Shown here piece by piece: positions 1 to 10,672 of a DNA stretch of 64,000 bases (its first letter is position 1; each line of letters starts with the position of its first letter). The position numbers and the translations under genes are program-made. Origin of the DNA: an uncultured Peptoniphilaceae bacterium. Lineage in GTDB: Bacteria; Bacillota; Clostridia; Tissierellales; Peptoniphilaceae. The stretch covers positions 218,159 to 282,158 of the forward strand of contig CAZHRC010000001.1 of NCBI GenBank assembly GCA_964533865.1, written 5' to 3'. Under the pieces are notes generated by a model. It was not told the origin of the DNA. It saw only the letters and a list, made by a program, of their open reading frames with translations, and made no database searches.

Positions 1-1
1 C

Positions 2-1243
<1,242 letters not shown>

Positions 1244-1266
1244 GTCGATAGTTTGTTGTTATTAAC

Positions 1267-1325
1267 AGATTGGGGATGGCTGTCCTGCTTAATCGTTGGA
1301 GAGATCCCCAATCTTTACATTTTAT
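1267..1325 (+). terminator. Hairpin after eno (10-bp stem agattgggga/tccccaatct, large loop, weak T tail)
   Basis: Arms at 1267-1276 and 1305-1314, followed by ttacatttt. Confidence 0.45.
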
Positions 1326-1348
1326 GTGACATAGCGATCCTCTGAACG

Positions 1349-1377
1349 TTGTGAGATGATGGATTTTATGCTATATT
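1349..1377 (+). promoter_or_regulatory. Sigma-A-type promoter for secG/PPase (TTGTGA-17-TGcTATATT)
   Basis: -35 at 1349-1354, 17-nt spacer, extended -10 at 1369-1377. Read directly from the sequence. Confidence 0.5.
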
Positions 1378-1416
1378 ATAATGTACGACCGAATTAATAC
1401 AGAAAGGATGAGGATC

Positions 1417-1641
1417 ATGCAAAATTTCATGACAGTTTTATTATTAATGGCTTCCGTAGCAATCATCATTGCAGTATTGCTCATGGAACCCAAATCCCAA
1501 GGAATGGGCACAATTTCCGGCTCGGATACCAATGTTTTCGGAAAAAGTGGTTTTAAAACAAAAGATGCACTCTACAATAAAGTTACTGTAGTAGCGTCAA
1601 TTGTGTTTTTAGTGTCTGGAATTATTGTTGCAGCGCTGTAA
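1417..1641 (+). CDS. secG: Preprotein translocase subunit SecG
   Basis: A 74-aa protein with two hydrophobic helices. It sits directly after eno, as is usual in Bacillota. Start moved to ATG 1417, behind the RBS AGGATGAGGA. Confidence 0.8.
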   Translation: MQNFMTVLLLMASVAIIIAVLLMEPKSQGMGTISGSDTNVFGKSGFKTKDALYNKVTVVASIVFLVSGIIVAAL

Positions 1642-1665
1642 TCAACTAATTAGGAGGGTGTAAAA

Positions 1666-3678
1666 ATGGGTGGAGAAATGTACGTTTACGGTGCAATAAT
1701 CGTGGGTCTTTTGGCCCTGGTTTTTGCCTACACAAAGCTTGCTGCCATCTCTAAGATGGACGCAGGTAATGCGCGAATGAAGGAAATCGCAGGCCACATT
1801 TACGATGGAGCCATGGCGTTTCTAGCTAGAGAATATCGCTACCTCGTCATCTTTATCGTAGTTGTCGCGATTATTCTATTGGTGACCATCAATATTCAAA
1901 CGGCGATTTGTTTTGTCTTTGGTGGTGTTTTATCGATGCTTGCAGGTTACATAGGTATGAACGCTGCAACAAAAGCGAACGTTAGAACAGCAGCTGCTGC
2001 TCAAAATGGCGGTATGGGGAAAGCGTTAGACGTAGCATTCTCAGGCGGAAGCGTTATGGGGATGTGCGTAGTCGGCCTTGGAATTGCGGGAATGACGATC
2101 TGCTATTTGATTTTCAAAGATGTGGGGATCGTTACTGGATTTAGTTTCGGTGCTTCTTCGATTGCGTTATTTGCTCGTGTAGGTGGAGGTATCTATACGA
2201 AAGCGGCTGACGTTGGCGCTGACTTAGTTGGTAAAGTTGAAGCTGGTATTCCGGAAGATGACCCAAGAAACCCCGCAGTTATTGCTGATAACGTTGGCGA
2301 TAATGTCGGCGACGTTGCTGGTATGGGCGCAGACTTGTTTGAATCTTATGTCGGTTCCATTCTATCCGGTTTGACACTTGGTGCGTTGGCTTTTCAAGCA
2401 GCTGGTGTTGAATTTGTTTTTGCCGTAGCGGCGATCGGTGTCCTATCTTCAATTCTCGGTGTTTTCTTTGTTAGAGGTGACAAAGATCCACAAAAAGCTT
2501 TGAACATGGGTACATTAGCCAGTTCGGTCATTACAATGGCAGGGACATTATTCTTTAGTTACGTTTTATTCAAGGGAATTCGCCCATTTGTAGCTGTTCT
2601 TGTTGGTCTTTTAGTGGGTATCATTATCTCGAGATTTACAGAGTATTATACTTCTGGAGATTACAAACCGGTAAAAGACATTGCACACGAGTCACAAACC
2701 GGTCCATCTACCAATATTATCTCCGGATTAGCTGTTGGGATGATGAGTACAGTTGGTCCTATTATTGCCATCGGTCTTGGTATCATCATTGCCTTTGTGG
2801 CAATGGACGGTTTTGCAAACCCTGATCACGGTATTTTTGGTATTGCAGTTGCCGCTGTTGGTATGCTTTCTACTTGTGGAATGACCATAGCTGTCGATGC
2901 TTATGGTCCTATTGCAGACAATGCAGGCGGTATTGCTGAAATGAGCAATCTACCAGAAAATGTCAGAGAAATCACCGATAAACTCGATGCTGTCGGAAAT
3001 ACGACGGCAGCTGTGGGTAAGGGTTTTGCGATTGGTTCGGCAGCCTTGACAGCAATGTCTTTGTTTGTTTCCTACAATGCAGCAGTTGGATTAACGGCGA
3101 TTGACATCTCTAAGCCAGAGGTGATTATGGGGATGTTCATCGGTGGTATGTTGCCATTCTTGTTTGCAGCGTTAACAATGAATGCTGTAGGTAAATCGGC
3201 GAATGAAATGATTATTGAAGTTCGTCGCCAATTTAAAGAAATACCTGGTATTTTAGAAGGAACTGGTACGCCAGACTACAAGACTTGTGTTGACATTTCA
3301 ACTCAAGCTGCCCTTAAGGCCATGGTAGTACCCGGTATTATTGCTGTCGCAGCGCCAGTCATTATGGGCATACTGTTTGGAACCGAAGCACTAGGCGGAC
3401 TATTGGCCGGCGCAACGGTTACAGGGGTATTGATGGCAATTTTCATGTCCAACTCTGGTGGTGCATGGGATAATGCTAAGAAATATATCGAAGAAGGACA
3501 CTTTGGTGGCAAAGGCTCAGAAGCTCACGCTGCAGCGGTTATCGGCGACACAGTCGGTGACCCGTTCAAAGACACATCTGGTCCTTCCATGAATATCTTA
3601 ATCAAATTAATGACTATTGTAGCCTTGGTATTTGCACCATTGCTATTGAAATTTGGCGGGTATTTGATGAAGCTTTAA
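1666..3678 (+). CDS. hppA: Membrane-integral pyrophosphate-energised cation pump (K+-dependent type, Na+-type gate signature)
   Basis: Motifs [59 protein letters not shown] and [15 protein letters not shown]. About 16 hydrophobic segments. RBS TAGGAGGG. Confidence 0.95.
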   Translation: MGGEMYVYGAIIVGLLALVFAYTKLAAISKMDAGNARMKEIAGHIYDGAMAFLAREYRYLVIFIVVVAIILLVTINIQTAICFVFGGVLSMLAGYIGMNAATKANVRTAAAAQNGGMGKALDVAFSGGSVMGMCVVGLGIAGMTICYLIFKDVGIVTGFSFGASSIALFARVGGGIYTKAADVGADLVGKVEAGIPEDDPRNPAVIADNVGDNVGDVAGMGADLFESYVGSILSGLTLGALAFQAAGVEFVFAVAAIGVLSSILGVFFVRGDKDPQKALNMGTLASSVITMAGTLFFSYVLFKGIRPFVAVLVGLLVGIIISRFTEYYTSGDYKPVKDIAHESQTGPSTNIISGLAVGMMSTVGPIIAIGLGIIIAFVAMDGFANPDHGIFGIAVAAVGMLSTCGMTIAVDAYGPIADNAGGIAEMSNLPENVREITDKLDAVGNTTAAVGKGFAIGSAALTAMSLFVSYNAAVGLTAIDISKPEVIMGMFIGGMLPFLFAALTMNAVGKSANEMIIEVRRQFKEIPGILEGTGTPDYKTCVDISTQAALKAMVVPGIIAVAAPVIMGILFGTEALGGLLAGATVTGVLMAIFMSNSGGAWDNAKKYIEEGHFGGKGSEAHAAAVIGDTVGDPFKDTSGPSMNILIKLMTIVALVFAPLLLKFGGYLMKL

Positions 3679-3694
3679 TAGCAAAATGATCTAT

Positions 3695-3752
3695 GACCTC
3701 TGTCTTGTTATCTCTTGAAACATGAGATAAACTAGATGGAGGTCTTCTTCTT
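3695..3752 (+). terminator. Compound hairpin plus T-rich tail after the PPase gene
   Basis: Outer arms gacctc/gaggtc (3695-3700 / 3739-3744), inner 7-bp stem ttatctc/gagataa, tail ttcttcttg. Confidence 0.45.
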
Positions 3753-3907
3753 GCATCGGAGTGGTTAGCCCCGATTATTGGGTAAATAATAGACGTAACG
3801 CTTAGCGTCTTTACTTTAGCAAAGACAGAGTTGAAGGATAAAAAAATACTAAAGTGTGATTTTAACCGATCATGATTCAATGGCCTGAAGAGGCTTGGAG
3901 GGATACG

Positions 3908-6013
3908 ATGACATTTAAAGAAGCATTAAAAGCTTATTTTTTAGAAGAAAAATACCTACCAAAGTCTAAAGAGGATATAGCCATTGATTTTAATATTGAG
4001 ATCTCTGATTATCGTCTTTTCTTTAAAACTCTTCGCGAGCTAGAACGAGAAGGGATGATTGAATTAACCAAGAAAGATAAATACAAAGTGGTATACGGTA
4101 TGAAGAAAGCTCTGGTGGGGAGATTACAAGGTCACGCTAATGGCTTTGCTTTTTTTATCAGTGATGATGACACAAAGAACGACGTATTTATAGGTTCAGA
4201 CTATCTCAATGGCGCCATAGATGGCGATAGAGTAGAAATTGCTTTGATTGATCGCAAAACTAAAGAACCGCGTAAGGAAGGAAAGGTCGTTAAAATTATA
4301 GAGGGGACGACACGCGACATTGTTGGTACCTTCCATAAGCATAAAGATTTTGGTTTTGTCGTCCCTGATGATAAGCGCATATCTATGGATCTATACATCG
4401 ACTCCGGTAAAACGCTAGGAGCGAAAAATCGTGACAAGGTAGTCGCTAAGCTTACGAAGCGTGCGAAAGCTGGTAAAAATCCTGAAGGTGTCGTTATAGA
4501 AGTCCTTGGTAATAAAGATAAGAAAGGCGTGGATATACTTAGTATTGCAAAAATGCACGGAATCCCTGATCGCTTTTCAGCCAAAACTTTGAAGGAAGAA
4601 GAAGCAGTTCCACGGATGGTTAAAAGTGAGGAGCTAGCGAATCGCCACGATTTTCGCGATATATTGACGGTGACTATCGATGGACCTAACGCTAAAGACT
4701 TCGACGATGCGATCTCTATTCAGAAACTTGGGGATAAACAATGGCGCTTATTCGTTCACATTGCCGATGTGGCTCATTATGTGACTAGAAATTCTTCCAT
4801 CGATGATGACGCATATGAGCGTGGAAACTCAGTTTATCTTCTGGATCGAGTTATCCCGATGTTGCCTCAGGTGCTTTCCAATGGCATATGTAGCCTCAAT
4901 CCAAATGAAGACCGACTAGCGATGACTATCGCTATGGATGTGGATGCAAATGGTAAGGTCATTCATTATGACATGTATGAGTCAGTGATCAACAGTGATT
5001 ACCGGTTGATCTACGATGAAGTGTCGGATTATCTCGAAAATCACATTGATGGGTATAGCAATTATGAATTGACTAGTAGTCTGAGTGTGATGGCAGAGTT
5101 GTTCAAAGTATTGTCAGACAAACGTCATCGAAGAGGATCCATTGAATTCAATTTTCCTGAGACGATTATTTCCCTCAACGGGGAAGGTGTCCCCATTAAC
5201 GTGAAAAAAGAAACCCGTCGAATCTCAAACCGTATCATCGAGGAATTTATGCTACTGACCAACGAAACAGTAGGGGCTCATTTCGGTTACTTACAAGTGC
5301 CATTCATTTATCGTGTTCATGAGGAACCTTCGACTGAGAAAATTGATGCTTTTAGAAAACTCATTCATAATCTTGGTTACAGCATCAAAGGCAAAGAGCT
5401 CCATTCCAAGGATTTTCAATTGCTGACTGAAGAAGTTGTTGGGAAAAAAGAGGAACCACTAATCAATATGTTGATGTTGCGGACGATGAAAAAAGCGCGA
5501 TACACCAGTGAACCCAATATCCATTTCGGTTTGGCTTCGGATTTTTATAGTCATTTTACTTCGCCGATCCGTCGTTATCCAGACCTTGTGATCCATCGGG
5601 TGTTAAAGGATAGTTTGAAAGGGCGAAAAATCTATAAAAATGCAGCTAAACAAATCGAGCGGCTGGAAAAAATCGCGGAACATTGTTCGATGACTGAACG
5701 TCGAGCTGAAGATTGCGAAAGAGATGTTATCGATCTTAAGCTGTGCGAGTATATGGAGCCGTTTGTCGGTCAACAATTTAAAGGTATCATCAGTTCATTG
5801 ACGAATTTTGGGATCTTTGTTCAGCTGGATAATACGATCGAAGGACTGGTACACTTCAAAAACATGGTTGATGATTATTATAGGTTTGATGAAGAGGCCT
5901 ACCATGTCATCGGTGAACGCAATCATAAAATCTTAAAGATCGGTCAGGAGGTTGAGGTGTCACTTGAAAGGGTGGATGTTGACAGAAGAGAGATTGATTT
6001 TTCATTGGTATGA
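3908..6013 (+). CDS. rnr: Ribonuclease R
   Basis: RNB motifs DGPNAKDFDDAISI and HIADVAHYV, plus a C-terminal S1 domain (GIISSLTNFGIFVQL). Start moved to ATG 3908, behind GGAGGGA. Confidence 0.93.
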   Translation: MTFKEALKAYFLEEKYLPKSKEDIAIDFNIEISDYRLFFKTLRELEREGMIELTKKDKYKVVYGMKKALVGRLQGHANGFAFFISDDDTKNDVFIGSDYLNGAIDGDRVEIALIDRKTKEPRKEGKVVKIIEGTTRDIVGTFHKHKDFGFVVPDDKRISMDLYIDSGKTLGAKNRDKVVAKLTKRAKAGKNPEGVVIEVLGNKDKKGVDILSIAKMHGIPDRFSAKTLKEEEAVPRMVKSEELANRHDFRDILTVTIDGPNAKDFDDAISIQKLGDKQWRLFVHIADVAHYVTRNSSIDDDAYERGNSVYLLDRVIPMLPQVLSNGICSLNPNEDRLAMTIAMDVDANGKVIHYDMYESVINSDYRLIYDEVSDYLENHIDGYSNYELTSSLSVMAELFKVLSDKRHRRGSIEFNFPETIISLNGEGVPINVKKETRRISNRIIEEFMLLTNETVGAHFGYLQVPFIYRVHEEPSTEKIDAFRKLIHNLGYSIKGKELHSKDFQLLTEEVVGKKEEPLINMLMLRTMKKARYTSEPNIHFGLASDFYSHFTSPIRRYPDLVIHRVLKDSLKGRKIYKNAAKQIERLEKIAEHCSMTERRAEDCERDVIDLKLCEYMEPFVGQQFKGIISSLTNFGIFVQLDNTIEGLVHFKNMVDDYYRFDEEAYHVIGERNHKILKIGQEVEVSLERVDVDRREIDFSLV

Positions 6014-6098
6014 TCTGGATGTTCCACAAAGAGAGTTGCGATAGCTCGAGGGTATCAAAACGTTTCAGCAGTACAGAATGGAAACGACAGGAGTGAAC

Positions 6099-6563
6099 AT
6101 GAACAAATCGGATATAAAAATAATTGCAAATAACAAAAAAGCAAGACATGAATATTTTATCGAGGAGTCTTTAGAAGCGGGGATTGCGTTGACTGGGACG
6201 GAGGTTAAATCGATTAGACTCGGGAAAGTCTCAATTAAGGAGAGTTACTGTACCATAGAAAATGGTGAGGTGTTCATACAAGGGATGCATATCAGCCCTT
6301 ATGAGCACGGAAATATTTATAATACAGATCCTCTCCGAAAACGCAAGCTTCTCCTTCATAAACGGCAGATTCGACGTTTACACGACCAGATTAGGCTTAA
6401 GGGCTATACTATCGTACCCCTTGACGTACATCTCAATAAAGGGTTGGTCAAAGTGACGATCGCCTCTGCTCGAGGAAAAAAATTATACGATAAACGAGAA
6501 ACACTAGCAAAGAAAGACGCGCAACGCTCAATGGATCGCGCCATAAGAGAGCGATATAAGTAG
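6099..6563 (+). CDS. smpB: SsrA-binding protein SmpB
   Basis: N-terminus KIIANNKKARHEYFIEE and a basic C-terminal tail. RBS AGGAGTG lies before ATG 6099. The gene is adjacent to tmRNA. Confidence 0.95.
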   Translation: MNKSDIKIIANNKKARHEYFIEESLEAGIALTGTEVKSIRLGKVSIKESYCTIENGEVFIQGMHISPYEHGNIYNTDPLRKRKLLLHKRQIRRLHDQIRLKGYTIVPLDVHLNKGLVKVTIASARGKKLYDKRETLAKKDAQRSMDRAIRERYK

Positions 6564-6887
6564 CAAATAAGATTTAGGTGCGGCTATTGTGGTGAAAGAG
6601 AAGAATGATCGGAAATATGTAATGGTGATAGGTGATGGGAAACCATCACTTGGACCTGTTAGAAAATCAAAGGGTAATATAAATCGTTTGCAAGGACTTT
6701 CGTAATCCTACGGATCCTGTGATGTGTCGCGGGTGATGACAGTCGCTCAAAACGTCGGTTTAGAGCGTTTGATGAGGTTTTGTGGTTGGATGGTGTGAGG
6801 ATTCTTAATTCTTATGTGCATTGAGATCCATGTTGAATGTAGCGAGTCATTATTTTGAGGAAACATACAATCTGATCGGCTATAAAT

Positions 6888-6930
6888 TTGAAAAAGAAAA
6901 AGGGAACGCGTATTTTTCAACGTTTCCCTT
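6888..6930 (-). terminator. Intrinsic terminator of the tmRNA gene
   Basis: On the minus strand: aagggaaacg...cgttccctt, followed by tttttctttttc. Confidence 0.7.
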
Positions 6931-6943
6931 TGACTCGTTTTTA

Positions 6944-7298
6944 TGGTGGAGATGGTGGGTGTCGAACCCACGTCCGAAAATGCTTCACAAGAGACCTCTC
7001 CGAGCGCAGTCCATTAATTAATTTCCCGAATCCGACGTCCAATGGACAAACGAACGGTTCGGTAGCTTCATGAAGTCCTTATTCGACTCAAAGCTTTGTC
7101 GATAAGTTTTCCCACAATAATTTTAAGATCGTAGTAAAGCGGTGGGACGCTTAGGCTAGGATCGTAGCTGCATTAAGCAGCTAATGCAAAATTGTTATTA
7201 TCTTCTGCGTTTAATTTAGGTGCCACTTTTTTCGTTGTTTGGCGACAACGGCTCGCTTTCTCTTCATCGACATCCCCGTCGAAACCAAGCTCATCCCC
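6944..7298 (-). ncRNA. ssrA: tmRNA (SsrA), about 355 nt
   Basis: On the minus strand the 5' end reads ggggatgagcttggtttcgacgggg. The 3' end reads ggacgtgggttcgacacccaccatctccacca (T-arm, acceptor, CCA). An internal tag reading frame GCA GAA GAT AAT AAC AAT TTT GCA TTA GCT GCT TAA lies at 7208-7173. Confidence 0.95.
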
Positions 7299-7308
7299 TT
7301 GTGCTATT

Positions 7309-7317
7309 ATTATACCA
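7309..7317 (-). promoter_or_regulatory. Extended -10 (TGgTATAAT) upstream of tmRNA
   Basis: The minus strand reads tggtataat 11 nt upstream of the mature 5' GGGG, consistent with a short RNase P-processed leader. The -35 is weak. Confidence 0.45.
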
Positions 7318-7447
7318 TAAATACGCCTATTATGCCATTGGTAATGGTTTTTATAGCGATTTTATATTGGCTTAAGCAGGAAAATGTTTTTGTTGTGTAG
7401 TTACAATATTTATGGGTAAATATTACTTAAGGAAATTTGCTTTACTT

Positions 7448-7474
7448 TTATGTAGTAAACCGATATTATGTAGT
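7448..7474 (+). repeat. Two identical 9-mers ttatgtagt, 18 bp apart, upstream of glgB
   Basis: Copies at 7448-7456 and 7466-7474. A third partial atgtag lies at 7501-7506. Confidence 0.5.
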
Positions 7475-7613
7475 TAAAGACAGAATTTCTTACTGCCGTG
7501 ATGTAGAGATGATATTACAGGGGTATTGAGTCATTTAAAGCCTCTAGAAGCGCGGTTCTTGTGTAAAGATATGAATTCAAGTATGACTAGCATTAAAGAT
7601 TTTAGGAGGGGAT

Positions 7614-9506
7614 ATGACTACACCGTTACCTTTTTATTATGAAGATAATTTAGCAAAAGAGGCTAGAGCATACCAAGAAGGGAAGTATGATCGATCATAC
7701 CTTTTTTTGGGGGCTCATAAAGTCGAAGGAGACCTTGGTGAAGCTTATCGATTTACCGTTTGGGCACCTAATGCTAAATACGTTAACTTAGTCGGAGATT
7801 TTAATAATTGGAACGATTACGATCTTCCTCTTAAACCCATCGACGACACAGGGATTTGGTCGGTTTCAGTCTATGGGGTTTCTGTATTCGATGCTTACAA
7901 GTACCGAATCGTATCGCCCTACGACGAAATACGATACAAGGCTGACCCATACGCATTTCATGCGGAAGAACGACCTAAAACTGCTTCAAAAGTCTATGAT
8001 ATCGATGATTATCAATGGAAAGATCGACGATGGATGAATGCACGCAAAAAACGAGATGTGTACAATTCACCGATGAGCGTGTACGAAGTAAACTTATCAT
8101 CTTGGAAAAAGCATGAAGATCACACCAATTATACCTATGTAGAAATGGCAGACGAGTTAGTAGATTATGTAAAAGAGATGGGCTATACTCATGTTGAATT
8201 GATGCCGATAACAGAATATCCTTATGATGGCTCCTGGGGTTATCAAGCGACGGGATACTTTGCACCAACATCGCGGTTTGGTACACCCAAAGACTTCATG
8301 TACTTAGTAGACGCTTTTCATCAAAAGAATATCGGCGTTATTTTGGATTGGGTTCCAGTTCATTTTTGCAAAGATGATTTTGGCTTAGCCCGTTTTGATG
8401 GAACTAACGTTTATGAGCCGCTAAACCAATACGATGCTGAAAACGTAGAATGGGGAACGTTGAATTTTGATTATTCAAAGCCAGAAGTTGTTAACTTTCT
8501 CATTTCGTCAGCGCTATATTGGCATGATATTTATCATATAGACGGTATCCGCGTTGATGCGGTTGCTTACATGCTTTATTTGGATTTTAACGGCAAAAAT
8601 CGGTACAATAAACATGGTGGTAACGAAAACCTTGAGGCGATTGAATTTTTACAAAAACTCAATACAAAAATATACTCATACTATCCGGATACGACGATGA
8701 TTGCAGAAGAATCAACGGCATGGCCATTGGTGACGGCACCAGTATCTGAAGGCGGGCTAGGGTTTAGTTTTAAATGGAATATGGGTTGGATGCATGATAC
8801 ACTGAATTATATGATGATGGATCCTCTTTTTAGAAGAGACCATCAAGACAAGTTGACATTTTCCATGACCTACGCCTTCTCTGAAAATTACATTCTGCCC
8901 TTTAGTCATGATGAAGTCGTGCATATGAAAGGATCTATGATCAATAAGTTTCCAGGACCATACGATGAAAAGTTTAAACAGTTACGCCTGCTTTATGCCT
9001 ATATGTACGCACATCCTGGAAAGAAATTAATGTTCATGGGAGATGAATTCGCCGCCTTTGATGAATGGAACGAATGGACTAGCTTAAATTGGAGCCATCT
9101 GAATTTTGAGACGCATCAAGGGATTCAAAAATTTGTTCAGACGATAAATACGCTCTACAAAAAGGAAAAAGCGCTTTATGAGATCGACACAAGTTTTGAT
9201 GGGTTTAAATGGATTGAACACGATAATCACGATGAAAGCATTGTCGCGTTTGAACGCATCGACAAAAAAGGGGAGAAGATCTTATGCATCTTTAATTTTA
9301 CGCCACTCGAGCGTAACTCATACCCAATAGGTGTTGATAAACAAGGGACTTATTCCATTTTATTGAATACAAGTCATAAACGTTACGGCGGGTATATCCC
9401 TCGTAATAAACCTTATAAAACTGTGGCTCAACCGATACATGGTAGGGATTATTCTATATTAGTCGATATTCCCTCTTATGGTGGTTTGTATATTAAACGA
9501 AAATAG
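7614..9506 (+). CDS. glgB: 1,4-alpha-glucan branching enzyme
   Basis: GH13 motifs DGIRVDAVA, IAEESTAWP and FSHDEVVH. RBS TAGGAGGGG. Confidence 0.95.
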   Translation: MTTPLPFYYEDNLAKEARAYQEGKYDRSYLFLGAHKVEGDLGEAYRFTVWAPNAKYVNLVGDFNNWNDYDLPLKPIDDTGIWSVSVYGVSVFDAYKYRIVSPYDEIRYKADPYAFHAEERPKTASKVYDIDDYQWKDRRWMNARKKRDVYNSPMSVYEVNLSSWKKHEDHTNYTYVEMADELVDYVKEMGYTHVELMPITEYPYDGSWGYQATGYFAPTSRFGTPKDFMYLVDAFHQKNIGVILDWVPVHFCKDDFGLARFDGTNVYEPLNQYDAENVEWGTLNFDYSKPEVVNFLISSALYWHDIYHIDGIRVDAVAYMLYLDFNGKNRYNKHGGNENLEAIEFLQKLNTKIYSYYPDTTMIAEESTAWPLVTAPVSEGGLGFSFKWNMGWMHDTLNYMMMDPLFRRDHQDKLTFSMTYAFSENYILPFSHDEVVHMKGSMINKFPGPYDEKFKQLRLLYAYMYAHPGKKLMFMGDEFAAFDEWNEWTSLNWSHLNFETHQGIQKFVQTINTLYKKEKALYEIDTSFDGFKWIEHDNHDESIVAFERIDKKGEKILCIFNFTPLERNSYPIGVDKQGTYSILLNTSHKRYGGYIPRNKPYKTVAQPIHGRDYSILVDIPSYGGLYIKRK

Positions 9507-9522
9507 TTAGGGAGGTTTGGTA

Positions 9523-10662
9523 ATGAGAAGTAGCAATAATGTAGTGGCAATGCTCTTGGCAGGTGGACAAGGTTCTAGGCTTAAGGCGTTGACTAAACAT
9601 ACGGCGAAACCCGCCGTGCCTTTTGGTGGTAAGTATCGAATTATTGACTTTGCGTTAAGTAATGCGACAAATTCTGACATTCGAGACATTGGCGTCCTCA
9701 CGCAGTACAAACCCTTCTTGCTCAATGAGCACTTGGGTATTGGCTCAGCGTGGGATTATGACCGAAATTTCGGTGGATTAAAAGTACTTTCTCCGTACTA
9801 TACGGAAGAAGGTGGCAGATGGTACAATGGTACAGCAAATGCCATCTATGAAAACATTGATTACCTCGATTCCATTGGTCCTGAGTATGTTTTGATCCTA
9901 TCAGGTGACCACATCTACAAAATGAACTATAATGAATTGTTGCAACATCACAAGGAAAAAGGGGCCGAAGTCACTTTAGCCGTTATGGAAGTGCCATGGG
10001 ATGAAGCGAGTCGCTTTGGTATCGTCAATATCGATGAGAATGACTTGATCGAAGAATTCGATGAAAAACCGGCAAACCCGAAAAGTAATACCGCTTCTAT
10101 GGGCATATATATGTTCAATTGGCCAACTCTTAGAAAAGCACTGATTGACGATTATAAAGACCCTCAATCCGATTATGACTTTGGCATGAATATCTTACCA
10201 AAACTACTAGCGGGTGGCGCACCGATGTACGTTTGGCGTTTTGCAGGGTATTGGAAGGACGTAGGAACGGTAAAGAGCTTCTGGGAAGCGAATCTCGACC
10301 TGATCGATCCTGAGAATACGTTGAGAATATACGATGACGAGTGGAGGATATACACTACTTCGCGAAACCTTCCACCACATTATGTGGGATTGAAAGCTTC
10401 GATTAAGGATTGCTTGATCAATGAAGGATGCAAGATTCACGGAGAAGTTGATAACAGTGTTTTGTTTAGCAATGTCCAAGTCGAAGAAGGGGCCTCTGTT
10501 ACCAACTGTGTTGTGTTGTCTGGTTCAATCATCAAAAAGGGCGCTAAGGTGTTCAATGCGGTTATAGCGGAAGACCAAATCATCGAAGAAGGTGAATTGA
10601 TCGGATCAGCAGATGGTTCTGAGATCTACTTGGTTTCGGAAGACGGGATAAAAGCGGAATAG
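9523..10662 (+). CDS. glgC: Glucose-1-phosphate adenylyltransferase
   Basis: Motifs [14 protein letters not shown] and [14 protein letters not shown], with a left-handed beta-helix C-terminus. ATG 9523 lies 8 nt after AGGGAGG. The ORF-track start at 9517 is TTG. Confidence 0.95.
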   Translation: MRSSNNVVAMLLAGGQGSRLKALTKHTAKPAVPFGGKYRIIDFALSNATNSDIRDIGVLTQYKPFLLNEHLGIGSAWDYDRNFGGLKVLSPYYTEEGGRWYNGTANAIYENIDYLDSIGPEYVLILSGDHIYKMNYNELLQHHKEKGAEVTLAVMEVPWDEASRFGIVNIDENDLIEEFDEKPANPKSNTASMGIYMFNWPTLRKALIDDYKDPQSDYDFGMNILPKLLAGGAPMYVWRFAGYWKDVGTVKSFWEANLDLIDPENTLRIYDDEWRIYTTSRNLPPHYVGLKASIKDCLINEGCKIHGEVDNSVLFSNVQVEEGASVTNCVVLSGSIIKKGAKVFNAVIAEDQIIEEGELIGSADGSEIYLVSEDGIKAE

Positions 10663-10672
10663 GAGGCGACTC

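Noticed and set aside
4201-4584. Long antisense ORFs inside confidently assigned genes. Examples are 4201-4584(-), 33401-33775(-), 14110-14394(-), 42099-42398(-), 39286-39585(-), 349-621(-), and many 60-100 aa entries in the ORF track.
   Set aside because: Each lies wholly within a gene that has clear family motifs on the other strand or frame. They have no RBS and low-complexity or odd composition. This is what a moderately AT-rich genome produces by chance.
6622-6650. tggtgataggtgatgggaaaccatcac as a duplicated tmRNA 3' end (att scar of an integrated element).
   Set aside because: Aligned by eye to tggtggagatggtgggtgtcgaacccac, only the first 5 nt and a generic hairpin shape match. There is no integrase or other island cargo nearby. 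It is kept only as a remark under the ssrA finding.
6747-7073. ORFs 6747-6971(-), 6821-7021(+) and 6888-7073(+).
   Set aside because: They run across the tmRNA gene and its terminator. The RNA assignment explains the region.
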